64,000 bases of DNA from Octopus sinensis. Its lineage: Eukaryota. The stretch spans positions 122,202,001 to 122,266,000 of the forward strand of contig NC_043001.1 of the NCBI RefSeq assembly GCF_006345805.1, in the 5' to 3' direction. The notes under the pieces were generated by a model. The model was not told where the DNA came from, did no database searches, and saw nothing but the letters and a program-made list of their open reading frames with translations. Both the position numbers and the translations under genes were made by a program. Below, piece after piece: positions 26,381 through 64,000 of the stretch. Each line of letters starts with the position of its first letter. Position 1 is the stretch's first letter.

Positions 26381-27842
26381 GAGGTCGCTCGGAGGTGGGG
26401 CCGACTGATTTCATTCCATCCTTCATTGTATAAATTCCTTCATTCCAATCGTTTTGTCTTTCTCCCCACCTTGTGCTGTTCCCTCTGTGTAAGGCCTTTA
26501 TGGCCATTTCATAAAAAAAGAAGCTTGCTTTCGAACCACACGGTTCTGGGTTCAGTTGCACTGCGTGGCTCCTTAGGCAAGTGTTTTCTACTATAGCCTC
26601 GGGTACACCAAATCCGTTTGTGTGGATTTGGCTGACAGAAAAAAAAGACGCCTGTCGTATATATATACATATATATATATACATGTGTATGTGTGTGTGC
26701 GCGCGCGCGTGTTTTTGTGTCTGTGTTTGTCCCACCAACATCGCTTGACAACAGATGTTGGTGTGTTTACATCCCCGTGACACTAGCGTTTGCGAAAGGA
26801 TGAAAGGCAAAGTCGACCTCGGCAAAATTTGAACTCAGAGCATAGCGCCGGGCGAAATACCGCTAAGCATCTCATCCAGCGTGCTAACGTTTCTGCCAGC
26901 TCGCCGCCTTTGAATTGGAATATATTGCGGTTGTTTGTCTAAAAAGTATTATTATTAAGGTAGCGAGATGGTAGGATAGTTAGTACGCCGGACAAAATGC
27001 TTAGCGGTAATTCGTCCGTCCTTAAGTTCTGAGTTCAAATTCTACCAAAGTTCACTTTTGCCCTTCATCCTTTCAGAGCCAATGAAATAAGTACCAGTTG
27101 AGCACTGGGGTAGATGTTATCATCTAAATCCCTCCCCTAAAATTTCAGGCCTTGTGCCTTTAGTAAAAAGGATTATTATTTTTATTTCTATTTTACTTCT
27201 CAGAGCTCTCGGTTTTATTTGATATAGTTTATTCTGCAAGAATATTTATATATACAAGAGGGATCCGCGAAGATTTCACGGAATTAATAGTAAACCTATT
27301 TGGTTATTTCTGAAAACTTTAACCAAGAAACCTGAAAGCGCAGCCTGTGATGCGTCTGTATCAAAAGACAGTCGCTCATCTGTAACTCATTGAAAAGTGA
27401 AAGAAATCGGAATACGATGATATAGACACTTTATATACTTTATGTACAATTTTATAGACTTAATGCATAGCACTCATAAAATGAATATTCATTCTTATTT
27501 TTACATTTTCCCCAAAAACAAAACCAAAAGAAAATATCGCCTTACATATGATACAACCTTTAGTTAAATTTCATATATCTGCCACGTAAATAAGTGTGAA
27601 TATATCACGGAATTGCTCTTATGTGCATGCGTTAAGTGATAGGTGATATAAAAAAAACACTAAGTTCAATTAAAAATAGATACACCTTTCTCTATTCACT
27701 TACCACGGCCACCTTCACCACCACCACCACCATATATATATATAAATCCGAAGAGTTTTTAAAATATGCTAAGCCACTGGTTTTCATTGATTAATATCAA
27801 TTTCTACCCTTATTTAATTTTATATATATATATATATATATA

Positions 27843-28256
27843 GGCGCAGGAGTGGCTGTGTGGTAAGTAGCTTGCTTACCAACCACATGGTTCCGGGTTC
27901 AGTCCCACTGCGTGGCATCTTGGGCAAGTGTCTTCTGCTATAGCCCCGGGCCGACTAATGCCTTGTGAGTGGATTTGGGAGACGGAAACTGAAAGAAGCC
28001 TGTCGTATATATGTATATATATATTATAAGTGTGTGTGTCTATGTTTGTGTGTCTGTGTTTGTTCCCCTAGCATTGCTTGACAACCGATGCTGGTGTGTT
28101 TACGTCCCCGTCACTTAGCGGTTCGGCAAAATAGACCGATAGAATAAGTACTGGGCTTACAAAGAATAAGTCCCGGGGTCGATTTGCTCGACTAAAGGCG
28201 GTGCTCCAGCATGGCCGCAGTCAAATGACTGAAACAAGTAAAAGAGTAAAAGAGTA
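27843..28256 (+). mobile_element. CORE-type tRNA-SINE family 2 (others 39368-39760, 50880-51283 minus, split copy 54722-55520)
   Basis: GGAGTGGCTGTGTGGTAAG head, GGTTCAGTCCC, TTGGGCAAGTGTCTT CORE-like motif, GTAAAAGA tail. Confidence 0.85.
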
Positions 28257-28674
28257 TAGGTATGTATATATGATATTAAATGCCTCACTGGATATCTAAT
28301 TGAATATTGAAAGTCACATGACACACACATAAATGTCATGCTAATGGGCATGATAACCTTCTAAGTTTTGGTTATTCATTTTTGGATAGTTTCTAAATAA
28401 TGTTGCCATAAATTTTGAGGGGAAGTGCGTGATCTATACAATTGATTCCAGTAATTGACTGGCAGTTTATTTTATCGACATACGTGTGATAATAAGTAAT
28501 GTCGATTTGCACGGGATTTGAGCTCAGAATGTAAAGATCTGGAACAAATAACACAAAACGTGTTCCGACGGTTTAACGATTCTAAATCATATAAATTTGG
28601 AGAAAATATTTCTTGATGAAAATAACACCTGAAGACGTTTTAGTATTACATCTGGGTTGCTATGATTACAGCAG

Positions 28675-56853
<28,179 letters not shown>

Positions 56854-57136
56854 GTTAGCAACTTGTCTTACTATTAACTGAAGTGACAATAAGAATGTGG
56901 TCAAAACCCGAATATGTCCCCCAGAAATTTAGGCAATGGAATATTATATGAAGTAGAACAGATCCCTCTGTTTCAGCCTCTTCTCTTCATAAACAAATGC
57001 GTGGGACATATTGCTATTTCTGTCACTGCTGACGTTATCGTCAGCTTTTAGCCTCGATATCAGTTAAATAAATATCCTGCTAAATTTAAACACATTTTTA
57101 GTTCTTATTCTCACGCACTTTGCTTGCATGTATGTA

Positions 57137-57169
<33 letters not shown>

Positions 57170-57902
57170 TGTATGTATGTATGTATGTATGTATGTATGT
57201 ATGTATGTATGTATTTATGTATGTATGTGTGCGTATGTATATATGGTATGTACATGTATGGATGTGTGTTAATGTATAAATATGGTACATGTCTATGGAT
57301 GTGTGCATGTGTATTATGCGTGATCATCTTTGTATATCTGTGTGTGGGGGAATGTCGAGGTCATTCACACGAAAATCTGGTACAAGAAAAAAGAAAAGAT
57401 ACTAAAACTTGTCTGCAATTTGAGGCAATATTGATATTTTTTTAAGAATTGCAATCATTTATATAAGAATGAAATGCTGAAATATTTAAAATTATATCTG
57501 ACATTATCAAGTTTTAAAAAAATATAATTGATATTTCAAATATTGGCACAAGGCCAGCAATTTTGACGGGGGTGGCGAATGGAAAAATCGATTTCTTCGA
57601 CCTTCAGTCCTGAATTAGTAATAAAAAATTTCGATCCTGACAGGGTGGAAGGCAAAGTCAACCCTGGCGGAATTTGAACTCAGAACGTACGGCCAGACGA
57701 AATGCCACTAAGCATTTTGGATGATATGTTAACACATCTGTCAGCTCACCACCCTATATACATTAAATATTGAAAGTACTTTATAATCACAGAAGTCGAA
57801 AGTTATGGTTCTTATAGCGTAAGCCAATGTCTGTCTTTGTTTCAGATTAAGAGAGAAAGATTTCGAAAAATATATTATAGAAGGAAATGGAGGTGTATAT
57901 AC

Positions 57903-58017
<115 letters not shown>

Positions 58018-58752
58018 AGAAATTAAAAAAGGAAAATATGCACACTTACATAGTTTTAATATAATTTTAATATATCGACCGGTTTCGCTATCACTATTCA
58101 TGATATTATGTTTTACTTATTTGAATATATATTTTTTAAGAAGAAATTTTGTCCATGATGCGTTAGATGAAATTCATGAGTGAATGACTTCACATGCAGA
58201 TAAATACAGGGAGGTAATTGGTTATCGTTATTATTGTTATTGTTGTGGGTAGGGGAGATACTGTTGAGCTTTCGGTAATGGGTGGGAATTATATATGTGT
58301 ACAGACAGAGACAAGTTTCAAAAACCTTGTTTAGTAGGGCATTTATGTACAGTGATATAATCGTGAATTAAAATATGTAAAAAGATAAAATTTGGTTATG
58401 CGTGCATATTAAGACGTGTTTTGTATTCTTCAATGAAAAAAGTTTCTATATTTAAACGTTCTAGTTAAGAGATTGCGTCTTTGCACTGGTAGAAAGGGAA
58501 GACTGTGAAATTTGGTTTGATGTTACCTGCACATTTTTCTATATGTTCACAAAGAGGAATTTGTCTGTATTGCGGGAAACGGATTTGCTCTTTATGTAGA
58601 GTGGTTCTCTTTCTCAAGGTCATACTCTTTTGTCCAATATAGTAGTGTCCGGAACTTGTGCATCTGTGAACCTAATTTATGTAATAACCTGCTCGGGTAT
58701 TTGCAGAATAAGTTTCTTCTTGTTCGTTTTTGGAGGACTGTTGCATAGTAGT

Positions 58753-58812
<60 letters not shown>

Positions 58813-58989
58813 TATTACCTCCGCCTTAGCGAAGGTGAAAGTATTCTTTACAGTCGTGTTTGTTTGTCTATGGACAAGATATCTCAAGGACCACTGGATG
58901 GATTCGGATAAAACTCTCAGGGTTTTTTGACCTCGTTACTGGCACGAACTGATTGGCCTCGTTACTGGCACGAACTAGCAATAGTGCTA

Positions 58990-59036
<47 letters not shown>

Positions 59037-60148
59037 ACACACATACTTACATTTCTCTGTGTTAATATTTGTACCCCCATCGCATGATAACTGCTGTTGG
59101 TCTTTTTACGTCCCCACAACTTAACAGTTTGACAAAAGAAATGTTAGAGTAAATAGCAGATTTAAAAGATTAGTACTCTGGTTGGTTTATTTGAGTGAAC
59201 ACTTCAAAGGGCTTCCCGGGAATTTATGATTCTTTGGGAAATGTCCCTCAATTGTCCTTTATCCATTGATTGAGAAAATCACTAGCGATAAATGTAAACC
59301 GATTAAGACCTGTCTTGCTTACTTGTTTTTAAGTGTTCCAGTAACTTTTGAAAATTTGCCGCTATAAGGATTTTCATTATTTTTTTATATCTTCCCTTTT
59401 ATGTGACAAAATACTACAAGAAGAAGCTGGATGGTTCTTTCTTGTTTCTTACCCGTTGGTTCTGTAATTTAGGAACTACGTTCAGTTTACTTTCGTTCAT
59501 TGTAATAACAGCAACAACAACAACAAAAGCCAGTATATTCCAGCCAATAAGTAGGACAAGCGGGTGGTTAGAGACTATATTGCTTTTACACTCTAAGCAT
59601 CCCCAGCCTCTCAACCAATCAGTAACCCAAGTCTTTCTGCTACCAAAAGAGCAGTGGGAGTAGCAATAACAACATATAAAAATGTCTAAATCATAAGTTC
59701 AACACGAATAAGAATATAAAAAATAAATAAAGAGAAACAGCATGTTAAGGGACGACAACAGTTCCCGCAGTGACGCCCCCTCACTAATTTCTAGCAAACA
59801 GCTTCTTGCCGCTCCAAGAAGTATACCAATATCCATCAACACCACCACCACAACCACCATCGCAACGACCACCGGTACCATTCCTACGTCAGCAGTTGGC
59901 TGTAGCCACGAAACACAAAACTGTCGCTACGAGCTCAATATTGACTCTTAGAAATATCAGGTTTCGGCTGTAAGCAGACCCACCAGGACCACTCCATCTA
60001 CTGTAGCCGGCAACAACAGTCGAAACAACATTAACAGTAAAAGATATAGCCAAGTAGCTGCAAAGGCTAGGTTCTTTTCCAGTGAGCTACAAAAAACACT
60101 CAGATTATCGAATGAAGATCTAAATGACGACTTATCCAAAAAATGGGA

Positions 60149-60579
60149 GGGATCTTTTCGTTTTGAACGGCAGTTTTTAAAAATAATTTCAACGTAACTA
60201 AACACTTTTAAATTTCGTATACTGGTAGAATGTGTTTATAAAACATCTTTTTCTCTTGGCTTTATTGAGAAAATTCTATAGTTTGTAAGATATTGCTTTT
60301 TTTCTTCAATTTCTGCAATTTCAACCAATCAATGACGTCTATTGGAGGTGAAAACATTCTGTGCCGTATGAATATGTCCCTCGTTTAAGAAACAGATTGG
60401 GTTTATTTACATTTGTGAAGAAAAAAAGATGCCCTTCCCCCACCCCTAACCCTAACCCTAACAAACCCTAACCCTAAAACAGATTGAAATGCAATAGATC
60501 GATACTAGGGTCATAATTATGGGTAAGATTTTCCTATGACACCGCTAGAAAAAACTGCCGTTCGAACCGAAAGGATCCC
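60149..60579. mobile_element. MITE with 30-bp TIRs and internal CCCTAA repeats
   Basis: TIR GGGATCTTTTCGTTTTGAACGGCAGTTTTT, 27/30 match; CCCTAA repeats at 60444-60477; no clear TSD. Confidence 0.7.
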
Positions 60580-61570
60580 TTTGTTTATATGTTCTCCATC
60601 AACTCATTATTCTTTCTTCCTGCAACAGATAAGTTGTTAGAATTCGTTTTTGACGTATTTTACTGTTGTTTTTTCTTTTAATAACGTAATGCTTGTATTT
60701 ATTTCCTTTTTATTGATGGTGTGGTTGCAGCTTTGATTGGTTTGTTTTTCCTTTTCTTTTTATCTTTTGTAGTTGTTTTGATAGTCATACTACGAGCCCG
60801 TGACAGCTAAAAGGAAACTCTCCCTCTCGATCCACAAAGCTGCCTTTTTTTTTCTCATATTTCTTTATTTTATTTAAATTTTCATTTTCTACTTTTTTGC
60901 TTTCATTTTCGATGACTGCCTTTCGTGACGGTTTGTGCCTTGATTTCAGAGCATGAAGAGGGTTATAAAAAAAACTATTCTGATGCGGGGGAGAATTGTC
61001 CATCTGCATATGTGTGTTTGTGTATTGCTGTGGAGAAGGTTAAACAGCTTTGGCAAGTGTGCTTTACAGCAATCCGGAGCCGGCCGATGTCCTGTTAGTG
61101 AATTTGGTAGATGGAAACTGGAAGCCCGTCGATTATATATGTATATGTGTGTGTGTGTGATTGTGTGTGTGTGTGCGTGTATGTATGTATATATATGTAT
61201 GGATAAGGCGGCGAGGTGGCAGACACGTTAGCGCGCCGGGTGAAATGCTTAGTGATATTTTGTCTGTCGTTACGTTCTGAGTTCAAATTCCGCCGAGGTC
61301 GACTTTGCCTTTCATCAGTTCGGGGTTGATAAATAAAGCACCAGTTTCGCACTGGGGTCGATGTAATCGACTTAAACCCTTCGTCTGTCCTTGTTTGTCC
61401 CCTCTATGTTTAGCCCCTTGTGGGCAATAAAGAAATATATATATGCATGGATACGTTACTAAAGGTGTCAAGACACTCTCAGTCACGTTTAGTTGACGAC
61501 TATAATTCTCCTTAACGATATAACATTGCAATTAGCTGCTTTTATTAAATAATGTATGTGTGTATATATG

Positions 61571-61603
<33 letters not shown>

Positions 61604-62271
61604 GCATACACACACACATACGCACTCATACACGCATACACAAGCGCACACAAGTGAAGAGATTTAGAAAAACAATAACAAAACGCATTTTCCTCTTATA
61701 TAGCTGTAAATTGATTCCAAAATTTGTTATTACAGTCATATCGAAAATATGTTGCTACGATAAAGGCATTTCGAGATTACAAATCCCAAAGTACATTCAA
61801 ATAAAAACAAAATACCTTATCAAACAATTCAAAGGCAGTAATTACAAAAATACATCCAAGTACTAAATTTTAAATCAGTTTCACTTCCTAGCGAAGATAG
61901 TCATTGTAATGTACATGTATAATGACTTACTGCTAGCCTTTCAATTAATATATAGTGCATCTATCGGAAGTAAGCCCATTATAGAATCACTAGGTAACAA
62001 GGGAGGTAATATTGTACATATTAGATCCAAAATAAGAAGAAACGTAAATTAAAATTATGTGTTGGTATTTGAGTAATGATTCACTATCAAAAAATATTTC
62101 TGTATTGATTATTTTGTTGTTATTTTTATCATATTCTCTGCATACATGTGTAATGGGAAAAGTTTAAAATTTGGTTGTCGCTGATATGTGCAAAAAACTG
62201 GTCGAGCTGGAATTAATTAACTATAGGTGAACGAGACATCGGTTTTTGAAATATAGGGATGTACTATTATA

Positions 62272-63170
62272 CAGGGTGTTCCAGAAGTCTTGGGCACATT
62301 TCAAGTCCTCATATATGCTGGACTATGATTGGTAGGAAGATGAAACTGGTACCATTTTAAAGCTAAATTCATTACGTTTTTTGTAATGCTAACAATGTTT
62401 TCATATTTTTTCAGATCCAGTAATGGCGTTCACTCATCCAGAAAAGGCGTTTTGCGTCCTTGAATTTGCAAAAACTGAATTATTGACACTTGTTCAACGT
62501 GCATTTCGCACAAAATTCCGAAAAGAGGCACTAGAAGGAAGTCCATATTGAGATGGCATGGTAAATTCATGAAGGATGGTTGTTTGTGCCTAGCTAAGAG
62601 AACGGGACGCCCCTCAACTTCAGATAATACGGTTGAGCGAGTTCGAACTGCCTTCGAGCGGAACCCCGTAAATCGATCAGAAGAGCCAGTAGGGACTTCA
62701 TTTTCCAACAGGATGGGGTGTCACTGCACTGGAGACTCAGGGTTAGACAGTATCTGAACACAACACTGCCAGACAGATGGATTGGATGGTCTGGGCGAGA
62801 TGATCGCGTTCTCATGCCCTGGCCTCCCAAGTCTCTTGATTTCACATCCTGCGATTTCTTTTTATGGGCGTTTGTGAAAGGACTGGTCTATGTCCTCCCC
62901 TTCCAAAAGATGTGGATGAACTGAAGGCCCGAATAACGAGAGCTGTTGCAACCATCGACAACGCAATGCTGGAACGCATTTGGCAAGAATTGGATTATCG
63001 GCTTGATGTGTGCCATGTGACCAATGGTGCTCACATTGAACATCTTTCAACATTTCATAAAAAAAACTTGAAATTGCGGCTTTCAGAATATATCAGATGC
63101 GTTTTAATGTCCTTAATAGTTTTCGAGATATTCAATGTCAAAATATTCCCAAGACTTCTGGAACACCCTG
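62272..63170 (+). mobile_element. Tc1/mariner (maT/DD37D-like) internal-deletion derivative
   Basis: 23-bp TIRs CAGGGTGTTCCAGAAGTCTTGGG with TA TSDs. ATG 62423, MAFTHPEKAFCVLEF, RTGRPSTS, FQQDG, WPPKSLDFTSCDFFLW. Confidence 0.9.
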
Positions 63171-63391
63171 TATTTAACACATTTGTTTCCGGTTGAGAGC
63201 GGAAAGGTTTTCGCTACAGAAATTGTCACATACATACATACATACATACATACATACATACATACATACATACATACATACACACATTCATAGATACATA
63301 GATACATATTGTGACTTCGATGTTATCAGTTTACATTACACATGATCTAACATACATTTCGCTATATCTGACAGCGTGACAAGTCGCTGAC

Positions 63392-63551
63392 ATGTTGTTC
63401 GCTGGCATCTTTATTTTGCTTACAATTCTCTGCTGCTCTCTTTACATTCTGCGATTGTATTCCAAGGCTTTGGCAAATTTTAGCCACCTACCATGCATGA
63501 AAAGTTGGCCTATAATTGGTGACATACCGAAGTTACTGGGAAATAACCGAG
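63392..63551 (+). CDS. Exon 1 of a third, more diverged CYP4 paralog
   Basis: MLFAGIFILL...HLPCMKSWPIIGDIPKLLGNNR aligns with the other exon 1 copies; same 160 nt length, G|GTCAGT donor. Confidence 0.88.
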
Positions 63552-64000
63552 GTCAGTGTTTCTCATTTTTACCAACCATTTACTTTTTACTTCTCTCAGT
63601 TACTGGACTGTGGCCATGCTGGGGGCCACAACTTAAAGGGGTTCAGGCGATCAGATCAATTCCAGTCTTTTAAGTCTGGTAATTATTCCATTGGTCTCTT
63701 CTGCCGAACCGCTAAGTTACGGGGACATAAACAAACTAACACCAATTTTCAAGCGGTGGTTGGATAGACACAAACACAAAGAAGGCGCACGCGCACAGAC
63801 ATACACACACACACACGGACACACACAGACGCACACGCACACATATATATATATGGACTGTATATATACACATATATATAGACTCAAATTCATAAATTGT
63901 ACATGTCATATATATACACACATATATATATATACATGTGTATATATACACACATATATAGACTCAAATTCATAAATTGTACATGTCGTTGTTAAGCTCC

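Noticed and set aside
63840-63990. Short tandem duplication GACTCAAATTCATAAATTGTACATGTC
   Set aside because: Ordinary slippage within TA/CA repeats.

Overview
AT-rich, microsatellite-dense animal DNA. The repeat types look most like an octopus (coleoid cephalopod); this is pattern recognition, not a database match. The core is a cytochrome P450 CYP4 (CYP4V-like) cluster: one complete 12-exon minus-strand gene (56853 to 28675, 497 aa, all splice phases consistent), exons 1-3 of a recent duplicate (7495 to 3718), an orphan inverted copy of exon 6 (22486-22612), and exon 1 of a divergent plus-strand paralog (63392). The rest is mobile DNA: a near full-length R4/Dong retrotransposon, 3' fragments of three other Dong families in (TAA)n, RTE elements, an ORF1-only element, mariner relics, a Helitron, a MITE and many tRNA-SINEs. 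The most striking signal is several unrelated families of minimal, dimer-type hammerhead ribozymes. They occur in (TA)n-anchored repeats at 406-2870 and in a tRNA-headed SINE in CYP intron 5 (47597-48365). No CRISPR, rRNA or intact tRNA genes were seen.
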